Made by a program: the position numbers and the translations under genes. Below the pieces are notes generated by a model. It did no database searches. It was not told where the DNA came from and saw nothing but the letters and a program-made list of their open reading frames with translations. Positions 1 to 8,300 of a stretch of 52,751 nucleotides of DNA are shown in pieces. Each line of letters begins with the position of its first letter. The stretch's first letter is position 1. This DNA comes from a virus (taxonomy: Duplodnaviria > Caudoviricetes), in IMG/VR virus record IMGVR_UViG_3300025892_000028, positions 1 through 52,751 of that record; one strand, 5' to 3'.

Positions 1-36
1 AGAATTCCCATCCATATAAAAAATTTTTACCCCCAC

Positions 37-1641
37 CTAAGAGTCCCAATAAGTTTTTCGGAGGTATTCATAGTGGTTAGTAGAAATTTTTGCGAGATCA
101 TTCCAACGTTGTATACGTCGATCAGAATTTTCTAAGATATCGGGAAGCATAAGATCTAAGCGTTTAAGAGAAGGACCAGAACCATAGTAAGCATCTTTAG
201 TAATTTGCCAAGAGTTGAGAGACATATGATTCATTCCATTCATTATACAGGATGTTCCGTTATCTGACTTATCCTTACAGTCAAAGTAAGATTTTGTCAG
301 GACTTCGGAGATATAGTAATCGTGACTGTGAAGTGGTGGCATATTTCTCTCATATGGCAGGAGGTGAGTATTGTAGTCACGAGTTCTGCAATCCTTCCAA
401 TATTTTGTATCATCACGTTGAGTGAACATATAATGAGATGCAGTAAATTTTGCGAGACCATCAAAGTTTGATCTACAGAGGATATTGAACTCATTAACTT
501 GGAATTGATTATACCCATCATCATTCAGAATTTCTGTAAGGCGATCAATGGTTGTGATAGTAGTAAAGAGACCGGTAGATTCTAAGGGTTCAATGAAACC
601 CGCAGAGAGACCAACAGCGACACAGTTTTGAATCCAGAGATCTTTCTGAACACCGTTGCGAAAGTGAACATCATTATATGAGGATATTTCAGATGTCTTA
701 TAGCCTTGAGCTTTAAGGTGGGAGGTGAATTCTAACAGGGCGTCGTCTGATGTCGTGTAGTGATCACTATACACGTAGCCTGTGCCGATACGAGACCATG
801 TAGGAGTATTCCACACCCATCCATTGCCTAGAGCGGTACAATCTGTATAATTCTTCATTTGATTATGAATATCATTGTAAGGCACTCTTGCAGTCCATGC
901 TCGATTGTTAGGAATGATATCAGAATATGATATCCACTCAGACTTAAGTTTATTAAGTAGAAGAGATTTGAAACCGGTACAATCAATAAAGAGATCAGCA
1001 TGAACTAGATCGCCATTTTTTAATTGGACAGATTCAATTCCATCATCATTTAAATTGATATCAGTAACAGTAGAGGAGATATGTTGAACATTACGAGGAA
1101 TGCAGACATGATCACGAAGATAATCAGCGAACATGATGGCATCAAAATGAAATGCATATGCCCGTGAAAGATCTAGATTAGCAAACTCTCTATTTTTATT
1201 AAAACTAATTGTATTGTTATGACACAGTGCTACTGCAGGCCAGTAAGAATCTGCAAAATAAGAATTAGGTAATTCTGGATATTTCCACTTAAGATATTGG
1301 AAAGCATTAATACCTAATTCTTGAAATATTTGTTTGTCTGGAGATGATGAACCGAAGGGATAATGAAAACCCTTGTCATCTTTTTTATAAAACTGATTAA
1401 ATTTAATACTAAGTTTATATGTTCCATCACAATAACGAAATAGATCAGTAGGATCAATACCTGCTGAGTGTAACCAAAAGGTGAAATGTTCTAATGTACT
1501 TTCCCCGACACCAATTCTTGGAATGTCTGGACTTTCGATAACAGTAATTTTTTTATTAGGAAAGAATTGACTTAAAGATGATGCTGTCATCCACCCAGAT
1601 GATCCGCCACCTACAATTACAATACTATCCGAACAATTCAT
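37..1641 (-). CDS. Flavin-dependent (tryptophan-halogenase/PrnA-like) halogenase
   Basis: N-terminal FAD motif IVIVGGGSSGW, GVGEST, catalytic-Lys region GTYKLSIKF, AFHFDA, FIDCTGF, WxWx(I/T)P motif (WVWNTP) and GFIEPLESTG; 534 aa is typical for the family. Confidence 0.93.
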   Translation of the reverse strand: MNCSDSIVIVGGGSSGWMTASSLSQFFPNKKITVIESPDIPRIGVGESTLEHFTFWLHSAGIDPTDLFRYCDGTYKLSIKFNQFYKKDDKGFHYPFGSSSPDKQIFQELGINAFQYLKWKYPELPNSYFADSYWPAVALCHNNTISFNKNREFANLDLSRAYAFHFDAIMFADYLRDHVCIPRNVQHISSTVTDINLNDDGIESVQLKNGDLVHADLFIDCTGFKSLLLNKLKSEWISYSDIIPNNRAWTARVPYNDIHNQMKNYTDCTALGNGWVWNTPTWSRIGTGYVYSDHYTTSDDALLEFTSHLKAQGYKTSEISSYNDVHFRNGVQKDLWIQNCVAVGLSAGFIEPLESTGLFTTITTIDRLTEILNDDGYNQFQVNEFNILCRSNFDGLAKFTASHYMFTQRDDTKYWKDCRTRDYNTHLLPYERNMPPLHSHDYYISEVLTKSYFDCKDKSDNGTSCIMNGMNHMSLNSWQITKDAYYGSGPSLKRLDLMLPDILENSDRRIQRWNDLAKISTNHYEYLRKTYWDS

Positions 1642-1715
1642 AACAAGAGACTTTCATAACATTATACTATATATTTTCCGAAAATGCTATATAAAATTAA
1701 TTACACATAATAGTT

Positions 1716-1883
1716 ATGGAAAGTATTCATATAGATTTGTCAGAGCATGAGATGGATGTAGTTCTGAATGCATTAGAGATTGCGGTCGATAATGCTGACG
1801 AATATGACAGTGGTGAGTATGAGGAAGTATTGTTTGGCGTACAGCGAAAGCTTGACGAACAGTATGAGCTTGATGTAGAATAG
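1716..1883 (+). CDS. Small, very acidic hypothetical protein (55 aa; not in the ORF track)
   Basis: Read by hand: MESIHIDLSEHEMDVVLNALEIAVDNADEYDSGEYEEVLFGVQRKLDEQYELDVE*. It fills the gap between the halogenase and the glutaredoxin. Confidence 0.7.
   Translation: MESIHIDLSEHEMDVVLNALEIAVDNADEYDSGEYEEVLFGVQRKLDEQYELDVE
1852..1881 (+). promoter_or_regulatory. Possible sigma70-type (early) promoter upstream of the glutaredoxin
   Basis: TTGACG (1852-1857), 18-nt spacer, TAGAAT (1876-1881), about 20 nt before the ATG at 1903. Confidence 0.4.
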
Positions 1884-1902
1884 TAGTTTACCATTAGTAA
1901 AA

Positions 1903-2139
1903 ATGCCTTACACCGTCTATAGTAAGAAGAACTGTTCTTACTGTAACAATATCAAAAAAATTCTAACAGGATTGGGAGAGAGTTATATTGAGTTAACGTT
2001 AGATCGTAATTTCACCAAGGAGGACTTCATTAGGAAGTTTGGATATGGAGCATCGTTTCCAAGGATAATGGAAGGCGATCAATTATTAGGAGGAGCAAAT
2101 GAAACTATTATGCATTTGCGTCAGAAGGGATTACTATGA
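1903..2139 (+). CDS. nrdC: Glutaredoxin (T4 NrdC-like)
   Basis: VYSKKNCSYC (CxxC), cis-Pro motif SFPRI, and LLGG; 78 aa. Confidence 0.88.
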   Translation: MPYTVYSKKNCSYCNNIKKILTGLGESYIELTLDRNFTKEDFIRKFGYGASFPRIMEGDQLLGGANETIMHLRQKGLL

Positions 2140-2282
2140 AAGTAGGAGTTCAGATTGGAGAGAATAGCGAGATGATCTTTGATAGTTATGACAAGGCAAT
2201 GGATTACATTGAACTTATCATACCAGAGGTAGAATCGTTAAATATAAGTACTGATGACATCAAGGTAAAGTATTATGGCTAA
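2136..2282 (+). CDS. Small hypothetical protein (48 aa; not in the ORF track)
   Basis: ATGA overlap with the glutaredoxin stop; reads MKVGVQIGENSEMIFDSYDKAMDYIELIIPEVESLNISTDDIKVKYYG*; overlaps the next start by 8 nt. Confidence 0.65.
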   Translation: MKVGVQIGENSEMIFDSYDKAMDYIELIIPEVESLNISTDDIKVKYYG

Positions 2283-2457
2283 AAAATGGCATATCAGAGA
2301 AAAGAACTCTTCACGTTATGTTGAGGGTGATTGGATCTATTACATTCAGGATAACATCTGGGGTGGATTTGACAGAGCAAATTATTGGAGAACCAAAAAG
2401 GAAGCGGCAGCCTATCTTACTGACATTTTGAAGAGAGGTGAAGTTTATGGCGAATGA
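2275..2457 (+). CDS. Hypothetical protein (60 aa, Trp-rich)
   Basis: ORF in a tightly coupled run; AAGGT SD-like sequence upstream. Confidence 0.65.
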   Translation: MAKKWHIREKNSSRYVEGDWIYYIQDNIWGGFDRANYWRTKKEAAAYLTDILKRGEVYGE

Positions 2458-2644
2458 AGAATACTTTGACTTTGAGGAGGTGCTAGCCCGCATAAATAAT
2501 CTCGAAGTAGTTGTATCAGGGTTATCTACTCCAGAGTTGAATTATAAACGACCTGGTAGTGAAGAGTATGAGAAACTTACTGATACATTAGATTATCTCC
2601 ACAATAAGATAGCAGAACTAGAAACCAAATGTCATACACCATAG
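2447..2644 (+). CDS. Hypothetical small helical/coiled-coil protein
   Basis: The track starts this ORF at GTG 2438, but the ATG at 2447 follows a GAGGTG SD and is the more likely start; heptad-like helices. Confidence 0.65.
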   Translation: MANEEYFDFEEVLARINNLEVVVSGLSTPELNYKRPGSEEYEKLTDTLDYLHNKIAELETKCHTP

Positions 2645-3660
2645 TATACAGTGATTATAATGGTCTCCCTGGTGGAGAAGGTAACTATGATTTTTTAAGT
2701 GGTGCTCAGGCACCAATACTACCTGCTGTAGATCTATTCAACAGTTTCAATTTTGAAATCAAGGCAACGACAGCAAACGTTGCTGCACCTCCAACACAGA
2801 AGACTGGTGCAGGAAAAGATGGTCGGACATATAGTAATTCAACAAACTATAGGACCAGAGGTTATAGGTATGGTTCTAGCACTGCTAAGCCTCAAGGAGC
2901 ATATGGCGGTATTCATGTTGCACGTATTCCTACCGATGTGAGATGGGTAGATACCAATGGTCCTGATGGTGATGGTATTGCACAGAATGAGAAGGGCGAT
3001 TGGTTTAATCGCGAAGTGCTATCTAAAGCAGATGGAAGAGGTGGCGGTGTTACTTTTGTAAAAAATCCAACAGCATCAGGTAATACTAATTTATCGTTTG
3101 TTACAAGCACAGAGGAAGTTACAGCAGCAGAATCATTTACTATTCCTGCTTGGAATAGTTTAAGTATTCAAGGTTCTTATAATGGTGGTGTGTTTTGTTA
3201 TAATGAATTTGGATATATCGATGAGGATCCAAATACTTATGGAAATGCAGATTATACATCCCAAACATATGAGGTAAGTAATCTTTATGAATTACCTGAA
3301 AAGATTGATAACCTTTATAAGTTTATTCCTGACCAGCGAGAGACCACAACACTTACATTCACAGTTGAAGTAGATTGGAGAGTCTACATTAGTTATGGCA
3401 TATATGCAGGATTCATTGATGCATCAAATCAGGCAAAGATTTTAGATAGAATGGGATATACTAGTGCTACTCAAACTGGTACTGATGTTCACATAATCAC
3501 TCATGTTATTAATAATGATACTAGTAACTGGCCTAAGATCTTAGAAGACATACTAAGTAATAGACAAAGATCACAGGCAGAACAGAATGAGCGTCTCGGA
3601 CAAACATTCCCCACTACTGACATTGAAGTTACGCTATCTCAGAAAATAGAGGCAGAATAA
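2629..3660 (+). CDS. Putative virion/baseplate-associated protein (343 aa)
   Basis: Long beta-rich (G/T/S/N) ORF immediately upstream of the PAAR gene; the call rests on position and composition only. Confidence 0.55.
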   Translation: MSYTIVYSDYNGLPGGEGNYDFLSGAQAPILPAVDLFNSFNFEIKATTANVAAPPTQKTGAGKDGRTYSNSTNYRTRGYRYGSSTAKPQGAYGGIHVARIPTDVRWVDTNGPDGDGIAQNEKGDWFNREVLSKADGRGGGVTFVKNPTASGNTNLSFVTSTEEVTAAESFTIPAWNSLSIQGSYNGGVFCYNEFGYIDEDPNTYGNADYTSQTYEVSNLYELPEKIDNLYKFIPDQRETTTLTFTVEVDWRVYISYGIYAGFIDASNQAKILDRMGYTSATQTGTDVHIITHVINNDTSNWPKILEDILSNRQRSQAEQNERLGQTFPTTDIEVTLSQKIEAE

Positions 3661-3661
3661 T

Positions 3662-3973
3662 ATGTCATTAAGAGCTGCTGGCAGGATCGGAGATGTTTAT
3701 ATAAACAGATGTAGCACACCAATGCAAGGTACAGGTGCTCCAACTGTTTTTATGGAACAACTTGCTAGTAGTAGAATTGGTGATAGGACTATTCCTTATC
3801 AGGAAATAGTTCCATGTCCAAAATGTTGTAAGACTTTTACAGCAACTGTTCTTTCTGGTTCTCCTAAGGTATTTGCTCAGGGTTTAGCAGTAGAGGCAAT
3901 TGGTGATCTTGCATTAGGTATTACTGGATCATTTCCTTTACTTAAAGGTGCTCCGACAGTATTTGTAATATGA
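3662..3973 (+). CDS. PAAR-repeat baseplate spike tip protein (T4 gp5.4-like)
   Basis: Three PAAR-type repeats (AAGRIGD, ASSRIGD, VEAIGD) with G(S/A)P(T/K)VF motifs; 103 aa. Confidence 0.88.
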   Translation: MSLRAAGRIGDVYINRCSTPMQGTGAPTVFMEQLASSRIGDRTIPYQEIVPCPKCCKTFTATVLSGSPKVFAQGLAVEAIGDLALGITGSFPLLKGAPTVFVI

Positions 3974-6900
3974 GAGTAATTCCATTTAGTAATCAAGTTA
4001 AATTTATTCCTAAAGACAGTAAGAGTGATCGGATAACTCCTGCTGCTTGGTTTACTGTAACTGAAACAGATATTGCTATTTCCGAATCTGGTTCTGGTGC
4101 CACAACTGCCAATATTGCGGATCCTAATAATTCTCCTGGGGGAGCTGCTGCTGCCGGTGGTAGTGGTGGATCTACTCTGGAAGATTTAATACCACTTATT
4201 AATAATGTAACGCCAAGGGAAGATACTTTTATTCAATTACTTGAACCAACAACAGTTCCATATGTATTAATAGCATCTGCTGGCACTAACTTAGCGGATC
4301 CAGCATTGCTGAGATATCAGTGGCAAGTGAAAGATTCTGGAACTAATACTTATGTTGATATTTCTGGTGCTAATTCTGTATCATATTCAGTTGCTGCTGG
4401 GTTGACTGTAGCAACTGATGATGGTGATTGCTATCGTTGTAAGATAACTCACCTTGGTACTGCAGTAAACTCTCCTCAGTATACATCCAAATATGAATTT
4501 GATATTCGCAGAACAATTACGATTACATCACAACCTGAATTATTATCATCTGCAGTGGCTGGTGATACACTTACTTTAACTATTGCGGCAACAATTAGCA
4601 GTGATGTAGTTAGTTTTCAGTGGCAACTGAAAGAAAATAATACTAATACTTTTATTAGTATTATTGGTGCTAATTCAGCAAGTTATACTACACCAGTATT
4701 AGACACCTATGAAGATAATGGGGATCAATATAGATGTATTCTAACTAATCCATTTGCAAACACTGTAACATCGTCTATTGTTACGCTGATTGTTGATGGT
4801 GCTGACTTCAGAGTTAATCCTCCCATTTATCGACTTGATGTTGATGGTGTTGGATATAATACAGAATTCTGGAGTTTAGAAAAAGATGGGGCATTAATTC
4901 TAGATCCATTAGAAAGTTCTGACTACACTATTACTTCATTGGATAGTAGGAGAACTAAATTTCTTTCTCATCTATGGGGTCAGGGAACATGTGCTGGTAA
5001 AGGTGGTTACACAAAAGCGGGTGTTCCTATTGCATCAACTGAAAGTGTTTCTATGATATTGAATGCCGGTGGAGGTGCTGCCGGATCCTCTGATAGTGGA
5101 CGCTATGCTGAAGCAGGTGGTGGGTATGCTGGTATTTTTAATGGTACTTTCGATGAAACTACTATATCTCATACGAATGCTCTTGCTATCGCAGGTGGCG
5201 CTGGTGGTTCTAGTCTTAACACAACTTCTTCTTGTACTGGATCCCAATCATCAATATCATATCCTTATACTACTACTACTTCTTATCAGCAAGCATATGA
5301 TTGTTCGACAACTGAGTATAGAAGTAATTACGGAAACATCTATCATCTTTTTGATTGGGCTGGTAATCGTACTTTATCTTTAACGCATAATGGAACCCCA
5401 CTGCAGGCTCGTTTTGCCCTTGGTGGGCAATACCAGGCAAGAAGATATTATGTATTTTTTGCTCCAGGCCATTATATGTTGGATAATAATTATTCTTTGA
5501 GCATTTCTAGTAGTGGATGTACTGCTGGAAGCAACCCTAGATGTCCTGGGATGTATTATGTTATTAATATGAAATACTTCCACTTTTTCTCCGTTACTTT
5601 TTATAGATATGATATGAATGTTACTTCATTCACATCAAGGTTCACTTATTCGGCTACACAATCAAAAAGAACTCCAAGAACATGCTATAGAACTGCTTAT
5701 ACTAGCACTACTAACTATTATTCACATACACCAACTGCAGCAGTCTCTGGTGGGTCTGGAGGTGGTCTAACAGGAACTGATGGTGGTGATAGTTCACAAT
5801 CAGTAATTTCTGCTACTGGAGGCGATGGCGGATCTCAGTCTGCGGGTGGGTCAGGAGGCACCACATCATCTGCTGGATCAACTAACGGATCTGATGGTTC
5901 TGCTCTGCGAGGTGGCGCTGGTGGTGGTAATAGCGGATCTTATGCTGCTGCCGGTGGCGGTGGCGGTGGTGGCGGTTACTATGGCGGCGGCGGTGGTGCT
6001 GGTGGTTATGATGGATATAATGGAAGTAGTAATCCTGGAAGAGGAACGCAATCAGGTGGCGGTGGTGCTGGTGGTTCAGGTTATATTGATGTCAGTGTAG
6101 TTGGAACTACAGGATCATTCGCCAATGAAACTAATACAAATAGAGGGACTGCAGGTGAAGAACAGCAAAATTCAAGAATTGTTATTAATGCGACATATAT
6201 TGAAGTGACAGCAGAACCAGAATCTTCTATAGTTAATGAAGGAGATACAGTTACATTTACTGCAGGAGCAACAGTAGTAAATGGTGAAGGTGAGGTAGTA
6301 AGTTTTCAGTGGCAGAAAAAGACATCTGGTATTTGGAATGATATTTCTGGAGCAAATTCTGCTAATTATGTTACACCTTCATTAACTCTTGCAAATACTA
6401 ATGAATCTTATCGTTGCGTTTTAAATAATGACTACTGTGCAGAAAAAATTAGTGAAGAAGCTGTTACTGTTGTAGCAGGAGCAGCAGAAACTAATTTTGT
6501 AATTACTAATACTGGTCAGACGAATATACCTATACCATCTGCTGCTTCTGAGTTTACATTTAAAATCTGGGGTGCTGGCGGTGCTGGCACTGGAGAAGGT
6601 TTCCCTGTTAGAGGTGGATCTGGTGGATTTGCAATGGGTACTATACTCATTCCTGAATCTAATACAAATAGTATTAATATATTTGTTGGTGCTACTGGTT
6701 TAGGTTCTCCTTCAGGTATGTCTGGATATGGTGCTGGTCGTGGTGGTCAAAGATCAGAAATGACATTTGGTTCAGATATTGTTTACGTTGGTGGTGGTGG
6801 CGGATCAGCACAAGCAGGTAATGGTGGATTTGGTGGTGGTGCTAATAGAAATGGTGGTGCTGGTGATGGCACATTTGCTCCTGGTAGTGGTGCTAGCACT

Positions 6901-8007
6901 GGAGGAGGTGGCAGTACTGGTGGTACTACAGGTCGTTCTGGTGGTGGAGCTGGTGGCGGTTTCCCTTACAACACTGGTAACCGTGGTGGTGGAGGAGGAT
7001 CAGGATATTATGGTGGAGGCGGCGGTGGCGGCGGTAATGGCACCACAGGAAAATCTGGGGGTGGCGGCGGTGGATCAGGATATAAAACTGGAACCGGTAT
7101 TACTAATTTTGTAACTGCTGATGGTTCTAGAGGATCTACTACTGCTCCATATTCAGATGATCCAGACTATCTTTCTGGTCGTGGAGGTGCTGGTCAGAAT
7201 GGTCTTGGTGTGATTAATTTCCTCGTAGAAAACCAATTAGTCATGACTGGTCTTAGTAGTTCTAATACAACTGATCTCAGTACTTTATCTTCAACTTTAA
7301 CTCTTACTGAAAATGTCCTTCTATCACCGCTTGATGGAGACTATGATGTAGTTATAAAATGTCGTGGAGGAAGTCCATCTGGAACAGGTGCATATGTTCA
7401 GGGAACAATTCACATGACTAGCGGAAATATTTACAAACTTTATTATGATGCTAACTATGCGGCAGTTTTCTTCGGAACTTCGGTAGATGGGAATAAGTGT
7501 ATAATGCTTGGTGCTCAAGGTGGATTTCAGGGAAATGGTGTATATGGTGGAGTTGGTGCCGGTGGTAATGCTGGATATCCGTCTGGAAATTCTGGAAGCA
7601 ATCTTAACGCTTCTGGTGGAGGTGGCGGTGGAACAACAACTGGATATAGATCAGGATCTGGTGGTGGCGGTGGATATGCGGGAGCTAGTGATGGATATAC
7701 TGGATCTCCCGGAACTAATGGTGGGTTCTTCCAATCTGGCAGAAAAGGTCGTGGTGTTGATGGTAATGGTGGTAATGGTGGTATGGGATATTTTGGCGGC
7801 GGAGGCGGCGGCGGTGGTTGGGACTTAGAATATAATGCTGGTGGTGAATTTGGTGGCGGTGGCGGAGGAGGATCTTCATATTATGGAGGTCTTCCAAAAC
7901 CTTCTATTAATTCTTATAGTCCAGCAGAAGTTGTTGTTAGTAATCCTTCTGCTGGTAATGAGGCAGGAGGAGTTCAACTTCAAATTATCAGTGTGACTGC
8001 TGCATAA
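3970..8007 (+). CDS. Multidomain adhesin/fibre protein: three Ig-like domains and three glycine-rich (polyglycine II-type) domains
   Basis: Ig-like signature (Y/F)QWQ...ISGANS.SY...YRC occurs three times; Gly-rich blocks such as GGGGGGYYGGGGG and FKIWGAGGAG; ATGA overlap with the PAAR gene. Confidence 0.8.
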   Translation: MRVIPFSNQVKFIPKDSKSDRITPAAWFTVTETDIAISESGSGATTANIADPNNSPGGAAAAGGSGGSTLEDLIPLINNVTPREDTFIQLLEPTTVPYVLIASAGTNLADPALLRYQWQVKDSGTNTYVDISGANSVSYSVAAGLTVATDDGDCYRCKITHLGTAVNSPQYTSKYEFDIRRTITITSQPELLSSAVAGDTLTLTIAATISSDVVSFQWQLKENNTNTFISIIGANSASYTTPVLDTYEDNGDQYRCILTNPFANTVTSSIVTLIVDGADFRVNPPIYRLDVDGVGYNTEFWSLEKDGALILDPLESSDYTITSLDSRRTKFLSHLWGQGTCAGKGGYTKAGVPIASTESVSMILNAGGGAAGSSDSGRYAEAGGGYAGIFNGTFDETTISHTNALAIAGGAGGSSLNTTSSCTGSQSSISYPYTTTTSYQQAYDCSTTEYRSNYGNIYHLFDWAGNRTLSLTHNGTPLQARFALGGQYQARRYYVFFAPGHYMLDNNYSLSISSSGCTAGSNPRCPGMYYVINMKYFHFFSVTFYRYDMNVTSFTSRFTYSATQSKRTPRTCYRTAYTSTTNYYSHTPTAAVSGGSGGGLTGTDGGDSSQSVISATGGDGGSQSAGGSGGTTSSAGSTNGSDGSALRGGAGGGNSGSYAAAGGGGGGGGYYGGGGGAGGYDGYNGSSNPGRGTQSGGGGAGGSGYIDVSVVGTTGSFANETNTNRGTAGEEQQNSRIVINATYIEVTAEPESSIVNEGDTVTFTAGATVVNGEGEVVSFQWQKKTSGIWNDISGANSANYVTPSLTLANTNESYRCVLNNDYCAEKISEEAVTVVAGAAETNFVITNTGQTNIPIPSAASEFTFKIWGAGGAGTGEGFPVRGGSGGFAMGTILIPESNTNSINIFVGATGLGSPSGMSGYGAGRGGQRSEMTFGSDIVYVGGGGGSAQAGNGGFGGGANRNGGAGDGTFAPGSGASTGGGGSTGGTTGRSGGGAGGGFPYNTGNRGGGGGSGYYGGGGGGGGNGTTGKSGGGGGGSGYKTGTGITNFVTADGSRGSTTAPYSDDPDYLSGRGGAGQNGLGVINFLVENQLVMTGLSSSNTTDLSTLSSTLTLTENVLLSPLDGDYDVVIKCRGGSPSGTGAYVQGTIHMTSGNIYKLYYDANYAAVFFGTSVDGNKCIMLGAQGGFQGNGVYGGVGAGGNAGYPSGNSGSNLNASGGGGGGTTTGYRSGSGGGGGYAGASDGYTGSPGTNGGFFQSGRKGRGVDGNGGNGGMGYFGGGGGGGGWDLEYNAGGEFGGGGGGGSSYYGGLPKPSINSYSPAEVVVSNPSAGNEAGGVQLQIISVTAA

Positions 8008-8008
8008 C

Positions 8009-8037
8009 TTGACAGATTTCGTTTATCTTGGTATACT
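8009..8037 (+). promoter_or_regulatory. Near-consensus sigma70-type (early/host RNAP) promoter
   Basis: TTGACA (8009-8014), 17-nt spacer, TATACT (8032-8037), with TG-N extended -10; intergenic. Confidence 0.82.
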
Positions 8038-8061
8038 ACTTGAGTAGTCAATGATTGAGTA

Positions 8062-8205
8062 ATGGCAAAAAGCCCAAAGTTCGGTTCAAATGAAAATATT
8101 GAGACCAAACCGAAAAGAACACGTCAGGGAACTGGTAAACATACTAAATATAGTGCAACCTCCAGTAATGGAAAGCGTAAACGTTATCGAGGACAAGGAA
8201 GATGA
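8062..8205 (+). CDS. Small Lys/Arg-rich protein (47 aa; not in the ORF track)
   Basis: MAKSPKFGSNENIETKPKRTRQGTGKHTKYSATSSNGKRKRYRGQGR*, directly downstream of a strong promoter. It resembles, from memory, a small basic ORF found upstream of gp25 in cyanomyoviruses. Confidence 0.75.
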   Translation: MAKSPKFGSNENIETKPKRTRQGTGKHTKYSATSSNGKRKRYRGQGR

Positions 8206-8300
8206 GCGAAGAAACACCAGCACCAAAGTCTTATGGTTATGTTGTAGGCAAAAGAGCCTCTGAGCAAGATCATCCAGATAAAGAAAAGTCTGATGAGTGA
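8202..8300 (+). CDS. Putative 32-aa peptide
   Basis: ATGA overlap with the upstream stop and 8-nt overlap with the downstream start; MSEETPAPKSYGYVVGKRASEQDHPDKEKSDE*. Confidence 0.5.
   Translation: MSEETPAPKSYGYVVGKRASEQDHPDKEKSDE

Noticed and set aside
1655-1700. Minus-strand promoter and short inverted repeat (ATTTTCCGAAAAT) upstream of the halogenase
   Set aside because: A TATAAT -10 is present (1666-1661) but there is no convincing -35, and the inverted repeat is too short and AT-rich to call an operator.
5930-7870. GGC/GGT trinucleotide runs as microsatellites or a high-GC foreign island
   Set aside because: Fully explained by polyglycine coding in the adhesin.
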